A stretch of 64,000 nucleotides of DNA, from contig CAJFCJ010000022.1 in NCBI GenBank assembly GCA_904063045.1, forward strand, positions 682,001 through 746,000, given 5' to 3'. The first letter of the stretch is position 1; every line of letters begins with the position of its first letter. A model generated the notes under the pieces. That model saw only the letters and a list, made by a program, of their open reading frames with translations, did no database searches and had not been told where the DNA came from. Shown piece by piece: positions 38,148 to 50,946 of this stretch. The position numbers were made by a program, and so were the translations under genes. The stretch comes from Dimorphilus gyrociliatus. Its lineage: Eukaryota; Animalia; Annelida.

Positions 38148-41100
38148 TGGGATAATGGATAATAATGAAAACGTTTATTTAATATTCAAGAAATATAATT
38201 AGATGTTATATTAAACGACCCTTCACAATACGTTTGATGGAAGAATACTTCCGCTTCTATTAAAACATTTGTATATTTTTATCCTTTTTATGTCCTATAG
38301 TTTCGTAAAGGTAAAATGCTTCTTTGTAACTATAGTTACCGTATATACATCTACATTTCTACCTTTCCATGTTTTAAGCCCGAATCCATATTACAAGTAT
38401 ATGTGCAGAAATTGTTTACGTTACAAGGCATACATACAAATATAAGTGCGTACGGTATATACATATACACGCACATACATATTAGTATAAATGTATATCA
38501 GATATATGTGATATACAAGATATATGCCATTATTAAAATGTAGAATACTATCTAGTAGATGCGTGTTTTTATTTTAAGTATAATGAGTGGAAGGTGAGAA
38601 GTGAGAGAGAGAGAGAGTGAGAGAGGAAGAGAGAGAAAGTGGGAATGAGAGAGAAAAACAAAAATACAAATTAAGTGTATTTTTCCCTTTCGAATAAGAG
38701 AAATAGGCAGCTGAACATAAAGAAATAATTTTTGTTTTTGTCTTTTCTCACTCGACAAAAAGACGTAAATATAAAAAGAAAACTAAATTGAATGGATCAG
38801 ACTGTACATGCATCTCTGTAAGTGTTTTTTTTTGTGAAATTATACTCTATTTGTATACAATTGTCAGAATAAAGAGATTTTACATATTTTTTATATAGTA
38901 TATGTTCCACGTTTGCATGCACTCTGTATATTGTATACACAATAGATAATATTTATGGATAGATTTCAATTTGTGTGTAACTCAAACAGTCTGTTAATAT
39001 AGTTGAATAACCCTAAGCCTAAAATCGACCCTTATAATATATTATTACTTGTATACTCTATATATACATATATATATTTATAGAGAGAGAGAGAGAGCAT
39101 ATATACTCTATGCATTTTGCACATGCGCAACACATAATACACTAATATAAATGCAAGTGTGATTTATCATTCTCTTTCTCTTTTCACTTATCCACTCGGT
39201 CACTCACTCACTCACTTGTCCATTCATTCATTCATTCATTCATTCATTCATTCGTGCGTGCGTTTATTCCCTCATTCACCCCGCTTTGCCTGTCTCTCTA
39301 TCCATAGCTCTTTCTTCGTCATCCTTTCTAACTATGTAAGTATTGTATACATAAAAATAAAAGAAAAGCGTTTTTTATATAAATAATTCACACATAAGGA
39401 CATAAGTAAATATGTAAATATAAGCGAGAATAGACGAATATCAACATATACACAAATATATTTGTATATAAATAAGTGGAAATTGAATGAAGAATGGATA
39501 TGTATTGCAAATGTAAATGTTTTTAATTTTCGTTATCATGCATACGCAATTCATAATGCAATACATACTTAATACGCATTCATCAACACATGTACAAACA
39601 CATACATTCACACATACGTATATTCTGTATATACATATAGATACACATGTGTGTACGCACGTTCGTACAGATGTAGTCATTCTCCTTTACATTCGAATAA
39701 ATCTATTAGACGCCGTATATTCTATAGTGGCATTATATTATATACAGGGCGATGAAAGACGTATTTAACTAGAATAATAGAAATATACCTTAGACGTGAA
39801 TTGAAATGTCGCCAATAACGATATCGGCAACAACAACAATAACAACAACCTTAGCAATATAATTACTTAACAAATACATGATGCACCATTTATCAAGGTT
39901 AGGCTAGGCTTATTCAACGTCCGTATTATAAATTTTCAGCCTATTCCCTTTCATGGAGTTTAACTGTTTTTGTTTAGCGGCGTATTGTTGTTATTGATCT
40001 TATTAAACAAGTGTATAGGCCTGAGCCAACATATTCAGAGTCCTTTATAATAATAATACTCATTGCCATTATCTATTCTTCATAGGACTAGAAAGAAATA
40101 GAGAAAAAGGGGGACGATAGTTGGGAAAGTATAAAAATAATAAATTTTTCATTAGCCCTATATCTCTATATAATTTCTCTTTCAGCTCCTAAGCCTTATT
40201 TTGTTCAAAAATATACAAAATTTCTTTTCCAAAGTCGTACATTTTTGTATGTTTATCGATTGGCCTAGATATTCTGATGTTGCGTCCCGTTAATAGAATC
40301 GTCTCTTCCCTCAAATTCCCCTGCTATTCAAGAGTCGATCTAGTTAGATTATTTACTTTTTCTCCTACTTTGTATGCTAGTTCTTGTTCTTTTTTTTTTA
40401 ATTCTCTTTTTTAACTACAACTATTACTCATTGCACTCTCAACACACTGTTCGTTCATCTCCACCAACGCTGTTTACTACTTGGTACTTACTATTAACAA
40501 CTGATGGTCTTTCGAATTGTCTGCCTCCTCCTCGAGATTGTAAATTCTTTTTGCGTTCAATTTCAGATTATCAATCGCACTAATCATATTTTGTTTGTTC
40601 AAACAAGATAAAAAGACTTTATGAAATAATAGAAAAACTATATATAATTGCACGCTTTAACCTTTCAATAGGAAATATACGTTCTGAAAGCCAACCGCTT
40701 CCCTTTTTTAAACGTAAATCTTCTCTGTTTACAATTTTTCAGGCTTTTCCTATATCTCCCTTTTCTCTTTCCTTACGTCTTTGAGCGGAAAAAAACCATG
40801 TGATAACTTAATGTAATGGCGCATAATTTAATTAGTCGCCGAACTAAGGCCTATTGCATGGGATATTGGATTATGAATAAAACGAAGTGGATAGCTGGGA
40901 AACAGGTTAATCCCCGCAATATATATACATATTCTATATCTTTATGTACTGTATATTTGCAGTAGAGCGTTGTTATGTATAAAAACTGTATTTATCACTC
41001 GACTTAACGGTTTATACACGCTGTGTTTTTTGCAGCTCACACGCTAACTGCTTCTGCACTCCCGCGTGTGCAGGCAGCAATAATCCAATGCAAATATATA

Positions 41101-41710
41101 CAGCGACATTTAATATATGGCCGGATTATTAAGGTTAATGATAATAATCCGGAATCTTTTAAGATATGCTAATTATAGTCATTCATTTTATTCCCTTTCC
41201 CTCGTCTCCTTCCATTCATTTCTCTTCTCTGCGTTTTTCTATCAACGTCACGTCACTCCATTAATCAAACGATTGAAAGGTGAGGAAATATTGGGAATTA
41301 TGTAATTCTGATTACGAAAAATCAACTCTATTTGACGAGCGGCAGAGGAAAAATTACATAAAAACAATACTCCACTCGATTTACAATGTAATGAAAACTT
41401 GGACTAGAAGAGCTTCTGTTCAGAGTATATTGAAACAATTACCTTCCATCGCCAGCACCCTAACTTGTAGTATCTCTATTATAATAAAAAGAATAAGCCT
41501 ACTCTTTCTTTAACGATATACCTTAAAATCTCAAAGAGAAACATATAAGCCTAATTTGTCTTTGATCTCTACCGAATTTCTTTCCTCGTTTTATTATTTA
41601 CAATACGAAAACGAAAGATATTTTGAAAACGAATCGAGAGCTCAATATGGGTTTGGAGAATTTGAATGCGATAGGATGAGATCGAGAGCCTTAACAGTCT
41701 GAATGAACAA

Positions 41711-41741
<31 letters not shown>

Positions 41742-41930
41742 AGAAAGACGGAAAGAAAAACCAGACAACTACACTAGTTACTTACCACGCCTTTTAAAGC
41801 GGCTTCGATAGCTTTTTCTCCGACCTCCTGCAAGTTTTCTAATGTTTCAACACCGCTCAACTTTAAAATGGAATCCTGTAAGTCGCAGAGAACGCACCTG
41901 TCCGCCGTCATATTCGATTCTGGTGAATGC
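20726..41930 (-). CDS. PDE2A: cGMP-stimulated 3',5'-cyclic nucleotide phosphodiesterase PDE2 (GAF-A, GAF-B, catalytic domain). Exons 41930-41786, 34748-34651, 33839-33742, 28204-28149, 27710-27651, 25156-25078, 24948-24896, 24780-24355, 24292-24253, 24098-24035, 23208-23066, 23000-22884, 22817-22702, 22598-22521, 22380-22258, 21851-21658, 21534-21447, 21382-20726
   Basis: Catalytic motifs [53 protein letters not shown] motifs [10 protein letters not shown] and [33 protein letters not shown] matches the start of PDE2A GAF-A. The distal 5' exons match the PDE2A N-terminus (e.g. [32 protein letters not shown]) with consistent phases. In-frame Met at 41911; an upstream exon was not found. Core 20726-25156 is high confidence, distal exons moderate to high. 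Confidence 0.88.
23526..23564. repeat. (TC)n microsatellite, one of dozens of (AG)n/(TC)n tracts in the window
   Basis: Directly visible. Confidence 0.95.
30549..30620. repeat. Compound (CCAT)n-(CTAT)n tetranucleotide microsatellite
   Basis: Directly visible. Confidence 0.9.
35088..35123. repeat. (GA)n microsatellite
   Basis: Directly visible. Confidence 0.95.
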
Positions 41931-43466
41931 CTAATTGAAACGCCCTCTGGTGGTTGACGATGAAAAAATCGAATCCTTATGCACTGTATACTATACCGCC
42001 CCGACTGCTTTTAATTCCTTGCCGGAGATTGGCGTTTATTGCTAAAATTTTATTATATTTCTTGTCTTTCCTACTTTTTTGCGGCACTTGGAAAATTGTT
42101 TTATAGAAATTTTTCATTTCATCACCCAAATGACGAGTGCTTTTAAGCCAAGTATTTGATGAGGGTAAACAGATACTTTTTAATAGTTTTTGCTACCCTC
42201 TGTCCCTCTACCTTCTCCACTCTCTAGCTCCAATCTCTCTAAATTTCCTCCACTCGACACCTTTCTCTTTGTCCTTATAGTTTTCTATCTATTTATCTCT
42301 ATCATCTACCTATTTATCAATTCATCTATCTCTCGGTCTGCTTCTCCCTTTCTTAACCCTTTCCCATTCTCCCTACAAGACCAATTCTCCGTTATGTCTA
42401 CGCCTCCGTGGTTTTCTCTATCAATTTTCCTTTCCAGTATAAACCCCCCGTCTGTTACTTTTTTCGACCCCTACCCCTCAGCCGCCCCGCTCGCCCGCTC
42501 GCCCACCCCCCTCGCTCCCCCTCTATCTCTCTCTTTCTGAGTGACGAACACTTGCTGGGCATGCCATCTATCGCCAAAAAAATTTAAACTTAAATTAGAT
42601 AACGCATTCTCAATTAGTAATAAGATCTTGTTTGATGAATTAAAATAATCATTAGATATTCTCTAAGAATACAAACAATGTGCGAGGTTGGTTGGATGAA
42701 AGGCAAAACTGAGGATCAACTGTCAGGGGCAACCCTAAAACCAATGAAATAATTTTGTAAATGAAAAGAGAAAAGTGGTAATTGTTAGGTGGAGTTCTGT
42801 TTAGTCCATCGGAGAAAACATTTACACAAACTCGAGCAATTAAGCTCCTTACAATTTACATAATTGATCCGTTTTATGATGTAGAAAAACTTTTCTAGCA
42901 CTAGACTTTGATTTCTCTATCAACAAGCGATAAGATAAGCAGGCGAGAATATGTAAATATTCAACAAGATTTTACCTGCTTATATCTCTTCTTTCATACT
43001 TGTAACTTTTTTCTTGCCCGATAAACTTTTCTTTTATCCCTATAAGTTTTTTTCTCTATTTCTCTCCATTCGTCTTTCCACTCTTCCTTCCTTCTTTCTT
43101 TGTCTCTTCCCTATACACTTCTCTTGCTGTCTCTTGACCTCTTTCCCTCTTCATTCCCTCCTCTAACTTAACTCATCACTTTCAATATTTTATCTTTTTT
43201 TCGCACGATTTCTCTTACTTTCGCCTCCTACTCAACTTTTACTTTTTCTAATTGAATTAATCGTACCAATACTCGTCTCCTTAAATGTTTCGCTCGTATT
43301 AGATATAGTTAATACTTTATTATAGTAAAACGTCCAACGTCGAAACTTTCTTATTTGCCCATCTGCTGGCTTGAGTGTTTTTTTTTTTTTTATTTCTATG
43401 CTTGCCCTTCACCCTTCTCATTCAGAGATATAGATACACAGTATGTATATACAATATATATATACA

Positions 43467-43506
<40 letters not shown>

Positions 43507-45532
43507 TTATTTATTTATTTCTATTAACACATTCTTTCTCTCTTCCCTCGTTCCTCTCTCCCGTGCCCCTTTACCCCTCCCCTCCCTCACCACCCCCTCT
43601 CTCTGTCACCCATATTTTCATTCATTCATTCTTTCATTCACTGGGCATTTTTCAATATCAATGTCAGGTTTTGTTTTCAGTTGTAATTATAATATTTTCT
43701 GTATATATATATATTTATATATGCAGTATATACAGTATATTTGTTAAACTGAGGGTTAGTTTATTTTGTTCAACGCCACCTGACGGCCTAAATAGTTCGA
43801 GACGATTAGGAAGTCTCAAGGTTGTGAAACTCTATGGTATTTTGCTAACAGTATCGCCATCTATAGCTCATATGGAAAGAAAAGAACTTGTGATATTTCT
43901 TTATGTAAATATGCTTTGAAAGTGGCAAATATTCAATTCATTTGGGGCTTAGAAGGTAATTTGAGGGGGTAGGTTGACGACCGACCGAGTGAGAAAGAGA
44001 TACAAAGACAGAGAGGGGACGAAGAGACAGAAAGGCAAAGACAGAAAAGAGATAGAGCATTTGAAAGCGAAGCAAAGACAAGGTTAATAGAATGTTACCA
44101 TAAGCCAAATATTACTGACAATACGTAAATATGTAGAGGACATATAGAAAGCACATAAAATACATATATATGTTATATACGGTTTGTTGAATATAGCGGA
44201 CTATGTACTATCTGTCAATAATATACAGGACATGTATTATACGTTTAAAAGCTTGTTTATATGTGTAGGTTAAAGGATATACACATTCTAATAAGAGAAA
44301 GAGAGACAGAGACAGAGAGAGAGAGAGAGAGAGAGAAAGAAAGAAAGAAGAAAAAGTATGTATTTGGTAAATGAATGGAGTCTACAGATAGATTGCCATT
44401 GTATTTGTTCGTCGTCTACGTATAAAAGGAGAAGGGATTATAGATAAAATTATATGTGTATATATAGAGAATATATTGTATAAATGGTACATTCTATAAA
44501 AGAATATATATTCTATACATAGTGAATGTGTGGCTTTGAAGCACCTTAGATATTGCTTACCGCGCACTAATTACACATTCTCTCTCTTATGGTGATGATA
44601 TACTTAAAAAATATGAGCTTTTATACACCTTCTTCTATTCTATTCATAAAGGTATCGTTTGCAGTATTAGTCAATTTCATATCCCACGTGATGTTGTCCA
44701 ATCCTCTCTTCTTTTTTTTAATTATCGCATATTACCATTAAATAAATTATTCGACTTAAATTTATAGGCCAAAAGAGAGAAGGGAGATTAGCAGCCGACG
44801 GATAGAAATAGCGAGAAAAGGGGAGAGGAAAAGAGGAAGCAGAAAAGGAAAGAGATACTAAATAGAAAAGAAAAAAGAGATGATAGGCCTGAAGGTGTAT
44901 TAAAAACAAAGCAGGCTATAGACAGGGAATATCTGTTTAGAAAAATAGTTGCCTTTCAACTGAATTGAACGATAAAACAGCGAAAGAGAGAATGAAAGAG
45001 TTTTTATTAATATAGTTTGAAACGTATCGATTGTAAAAGCTAATATATCAATATATCACCCCTTGTCTTTATTAAATATGATAAATAACCGTTTGGAATT
45101 ATAGAATTAGAAAACACTGGCCAAATTGATCGCGTTAAAAGAATTCCGGACGAAAATAAGATTTATCGTTCAGATAATCTTATTGTCGTCAAATTTCGTC
45201 TACAGAGGGCGCTATCCGAAATACAAAGGAAATGAAATAAATAGAGTGTTGATCACATTTCCAGGAAACGAAATAAACTCTTTTCATTCCTTATGAAAAA
45301 GCCGGGAAAGGAACAAGTCGAACGAAGAGAATAGTAGAGAAACTGTGATGCAAGGGGTAGAGAGTCTAATACTAGTTATAAAGAGAGAAACGATTACGTA
45401 TATCATTCATTCCTCCTTTATTCGTTATGTAAATAATACACTTTTATACACAAAGTTTCTCGTACTTTTCGAAAATTTACCACTATAAGTTAAGCAACTT
45501 TTATCCTCTTCCTCTCCCTCTTTCTCTCCCTC

Positions 45533-45543
<11 letters not shown>

Positions 45544-45585
<42 letters not shown>
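45544..45585. repeat. (CT)n microsatellite
   Basis: Directly visible. Confidence 0.95.
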
Positions 45586-45588
<3 letters not shown>

Positions 45589-48500
45589 TCCATCTCTATT
45601 CGTCTTCTTTTATTATTTTATAATTTCTAACCTATCCATTAGGTAATTGACAAACGCCATTACATACATTATACAGATATAGTATTTAGTTGTTGCTATT
45701 GTTGCTGTTTTTTTTTTATATTGAAGAACAATCACTCTTCCTTTAAATTATTAATAAAAACTATCGACTAGTTGAAAGTTAATCATGAAATGAAAGTGAA
45801 AAATCTGTTAAATTGGCATTTCAAAAAATTAAAAATGAAAATCAACTAAAAACAAACAAATGTTAAATTAATGAATTTTTACATCGGCCTCTTTTCTTTC
45901 TTTCTCGTTTTCTTCATCTCATTTCGTTACCCTGCCACTTTCTCTCTCTTTCTCTAGCTCTTATTGTTATCAATAAATTCTGTAAGCCTTTTTCCCCCAA
46001 CGTTCTCTGACACCCCGAGAGGAATTTACAGCCAGAGAGGTAATTCATTTCAAAAAGATGGCGCTACCGAAAAGCGTAAAAAATGAAAGAGAGAGGGAGG
46101 AAGGGAGAGAATGCAAAAATATGAATAGACACAGAACGGGGGTACGACACGGGAACGGAGAAATGTTGGCCTGAAAGAATAATTGAACAGTCGACTGTGT
46201 GCGAGAAACGGAGAAAGAGAGGGATAGTGAAGGGGAAATAGAAAAAAAAGATAAAGATTAGACGCCTCGCGTGACGCCGGACAACAAGTGCTTCGTCGCT
46301 CCGATAAAATTGGTTTATCGTCCACGCTTAGTATTAATTCCCTTTTTACAATAGCCCAGTTCTGTACACTTTTGGGGGCAAAGGATTAAAAAAGGCATCG
46401 GCCCCCAAATTAATTTGATTTTCGTTCAATAGGGAAAAAAATGTATTTTCATGCGAAGCAATCCGTCGATTTATCAGAATTATACAGGTTGCCGAATAGG
46501 TTACATTCGTCTAACCTCTAACCTCCAGCAGTCTTTTCGTATTACTGCTTATAGCTGTTCAAACTTTGTTGTTTATAGCCGGGGTTACTTTAACGAAAAA
46601 CAGAAGAGGTCGGCAGGGGTTAATTTTTGCATTGCGAGAAGAAGGCGGAAGAAGAGGGAAAACCGACGAATGTGCTCGATTAAATTAGGAGCAATTGAGT
46701 ATTTTGAATTACTAAGGAAAGAGGGTAAAGAAGAATGGGGAAGGGGGAGGAAAAGATGAAAGAATTTTCCAGTAAAAGCAAATATGAGTTTGGCTAATAT
46801 TGATTTATTAGTATGTGTTTTTAGGGGCTTCTTTCAAGCAGCCTATCGTCAGCTTAGACGGACTTTTGGGGTAAATCTCTGTCAATACATGAGCCGAAAT
46901 ATATTAAAGAAATTCCCTGTTATTACATACTCCTTATATATATCTTAAATATATACACATGATTTAATTTTTATTTGAGGATTTTTGTAAATCTCTTTTG
47001 ATGATGCCGAAACTGAAATGTCCATCTAGAGAAGGAAGGGAGTAAGGCAATTAAGTAGGTAGGTAGGAGAGTTGAAAGATGTAGAAAGAGGAGAAGAAAA
47101 GAGGCAGAGACAAAGAAGAAGAGAGGGAAGAACAAGAAGAAGAAGAGGAAGAAGAAGCAGTATATACAGTATATGTATATATATATATATATACATACAT
47201 ACAGTATATTTATATAAAGAAATATAAATTCTCAAATATAAACAGATGTTGTTTAATCAAATAAATTTCTACTTCTTTTTTCGCTCCAAATTAATTTAGA
47301 CGTTAAATGTAAAGTGTTGGGAGGGGGCGGTTTATAGCCTTCTTCTAAATCTCACCACCAATGGATGAGCGTATGCAAATAAGACAGATGCCTGTCTATT
47401 ACACGCTTCCCTTCGCTTCTGCTACACAACTAAAGTATTTTTTTCTTAATTCAATTCAGTATTACGTAATCTGTCTTTTTATCTCTTACTCTCCCGCTCT
47501 TTTTTTCCCTGTCTCTCTCTCTCTCTGTCTGTCTCTCCCCTTCTCACCTTCTGTCTCTAAGCCTATTTTTATATTTAGAAATTATTAGCATAAACAAGAT
47601 AAATAAGCAATCAAAGAAAATGAATTGAATTGAATTTATTTGAATTTTTGCTCCAAATTGCAAAAGTAGCTTTCTCATGCTATTCGTTAAAGTTCAGAAT
47701 ATTACTTGTTTTTTTCGTTGTATTTAAAAGAAAAAGAAAGAGAAGAAGCAGAAGAAGAAGAAGAGACGAAAACTTGAAATAGACAGTATATTGAAAAAGT
47801 GAATAAATAGTTTAGTTTGCAAAAGCTGCTTTAGATTTTTGATTTGCAGATTCTTTGTATTTTTCGTTTGGAAAATGTCTTTTGAATAGAATACATAAAT
47901 ATGACTTTTGGCAATAAACTATACTTTTATATGTATGTATGTATGCATACATATACTATACATACTGCATTATACAATATACGTGCTGTATTTGCACTTT
48001 ATATACAGTATATACTGTATACATCTTGCGTACAGCATATAAACTATATAAACTTTTTACTCAATATATAAAAATGTGTAAATATACTTTTATATCGTAT
48101 AGTGTATATTTAAAAAGTTATATATTAATGACTGTATTTACTGTACTCTTTGTCATTCTCATATATGTTAATATATAAATTTATATATTCTGTATTTATA
48201 TTACTTATATTTGTCTTATGTTTTTATGTATCTTTTATGCATTTTCTCTTTTCTTCCCTTTCTTCAGTACACCTTTCGAATACTGTATATTAGCGTTTAG
48301 ACACAGCTCATTCTGCATTGCACCATTTTGTATTCAGCCGTCTATTATTCTAATATTAGCTCTCTATATCAATTGAATTAGCCATTAAATCATAACAAGC
48401 GAAATTACATAACAAACTCTTACAATCGGCTGCTTAATACATTTCTTTTTTCATTTTACTGCAACGCCATACAGGTTAAGAAGCATACTGTATCCCTTTT

Positions 48501-49237
48501 ACAGAGTATGTGCTTGTGTTTCGTGTATATGCGTGCGTGTGTGTGTATGAGTGTGTGTCTATGTGGCGATTGTGTACGTAATGCGGACGTACGTGTCTTT
48601 TGCGTTTGTGTGTAGAGTTATGTGGCGATGTGCGAACTATAAACATCAATATAAATATATCTTTATAGTTTTTATAGTAAACCTTTCTTTCTAATTATCT
48701 TTCTTTTTGTGTTTTTTCTTTGCAGTGTGCGTGAATGCGTGATTGCAATGATATTTACTTTACATGTGTCGTATAGAGTGAAAAAGTTTGCTTGTAACAC
48801 GTGCTTCTCAATTCTACGAGAATAGAATGTTGTATTGTTGTTGTTTGCTCTGTTTGATATGAAAATAGATTTAAATAGAAAGGGGTTAAAGGTTATAATC
48901 TTTTAGTTATATATTTGTATGTATGTATCTGTGTATGTTTGTTTGAGTGTTTGCTTTGTATATACATATATAAGTGTAACAGTTAACTTTTGCATGCACA
49001 ACATTTACGTCAATAATCAAAAAACGTAAAAGAATATTAGTTTGTTTTTTTTGTTTGTTTGTTTCGTTAACGAAATAACAAAGATGAATGGGGCGTCTAT
49101 TTTTTGTTCTGTTTTCCTTCTTTTGTTTGTTCCAATTTAACGCCGACTCATCAAATTTGATAAACACAAATTAATTACAAGAAAATGAAACTCAAAAATA
49201 TTTAATGGCTGTAGAGTTTAACCATAAAATTAAATTT

Positions 49238-50906
49238 TCACCAGCTAGCATTAGTAGGTGGCTTATGGTGGGCAGTAGGCGGAGAAGGGGCGTAAAAGGA
49301 TGGGGGATAATACCCTGCACCGTATCCCCTCTCGTAGTTGAACGTCTGACTGGGTAAAGAAGAAGCATAAGATTTGAAAGCGTCGTAACCATGACAATAT
49401 TGATCCGCCGAATAGTCCGGTGTGGGATAAGGCGGCACGTACGATTCGGTATAGTTATTAGCCAATGCAGTTCGACTAGAGTAATTACTGCGGATTACTG
49501 ATTCTCGATTGGCGTAAAGTGATCTCAAAAGATGCGACGCAGGGAGAATACCGGGTGTCTCTTCAGTTGGTAGATGGCGGTTCATTGCCTCTTCTAGATC
49601 CCTAACTGACGAATTAGGAGCGGCGTCACCAACACCAGGAGATACTTTGGCCAAATCTTGTTGAGAAGGTGTCGACACAAGTTTGGTTGGAGATGTTCTT
49701 TTTTCTTCTTCTTCAAGCTCTTCATCCTCTTCTTCCTCCTCCTCTTCCTCCGTATTTTGGTGAAATTTTCTTCCTCTCTTCTTTGGCTTATCCATTTTCC
49801 TTCGACCAACACCTAGCGTTTACGTTGTTTTTTTTAATTCATTAACATATTGTAAACAAACAGAGCGCAATTGTCTCAACCGTCAAATAATATTTAAACA
49901 AAACACAACACAAGTATTTATTTCCTCTTACCTTTCTCTTCTTCTTTGTACAACACCTCCAGCGCTTCCGTTACTGGACCGTCCTTGACCTTAGAGGGCT
50001 CCGGTGTGACCGACGTTATGGGTGATGCAAACGGTAATTGACGACTATCTAAGACGCAGTTGCCCCGCTCGACTCCACTTAATGAAGATAAAATTGAATT
50101 TATACAAGGGACAAATTTTTACCGACAGGTGGCGTTACCTGAGGACATAATTGACAGCAATGATATTTTGTTCGTCGCTGTGCTTGGAACTGTAGACGGC
50201 CGTTGCGCAAGTTTGAAGCCATACGTAACCTCCACTCTTGTTCAAGAGCCGGTAGTAATCGGTCATCACTTGACCTTTACTGAGCACTATAAACATAAAG
50301 AAAAAGCGTCTTTATTTAATAGAAAGATAAAGGATAAAGGGAGTAAATAACATTGAAATAGCACCACGAGGCTTTTAGATTGAAAAAGTAAAAAACAAAT
50401 AGATATCTAAATTAACGAATAAAAAGATAAAGAAAAAGAAGAACAAGAACAAGAACAAGAACAAAAAGAGCAAGACTGCCGATATTTAAAGTTAATTTTA
50501 CATTGACAATTTATATGTTAAACAAATAAAAGAAACGCTGTTCGGGAACAACCACCGTTATTTGACCTTTACGTAAGACTAATAGCGGGAACAGCGGGAC
50601 GGAAAACAAGTAGAAAGAAACATGGCAGAGCCGATTGGCTAAAAGAGACGCCGCCTTTTTAGGCCTAAACCAGGCGTTATTGGTAGACGACTCACGTAGG
50701 CGCCGCGCTTCCGTCGCAATTCTGCATGCGAGCAACGGTCGGCCTTTGGGATTTTTCCGTGCATATATACATTGAATATTTACATTTATTACTTGCTTTT
50801 TCACGTTTTTATTGACATTCCGTACCATGTCAAGATTTCTATTCTATATTCGATAACGAAATAAAATTACATTGCACAATCAGTTGTTCCGTTTCTCATC
50901 ATTTCT

Positions 50907-50946
<40 letters not shown>

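Noticed and set aside
41121-41152. Perfect 10-11 bp hairpin CCGGATTATT/AATAATCCGG
   Set aside because: Short and isolated; a few such hairpins are expected in 64 kb of AT-rich DNA.
43355-43919. Long ORFs (130 and 158 aa) in the track; similar ones at 39441-39768, 42190-42540, 58345-58809
   Set aside because: Low-complexity products of (TA)n/(TC)n repeats, often with non-ATG starts and no recognisable domain.
49983-49992. Third CCTTGACCTT nuclear-receptor-like motif
   Set aside because: Lies in trh coding exon 9 (KVKD), so it is explained by the protein.
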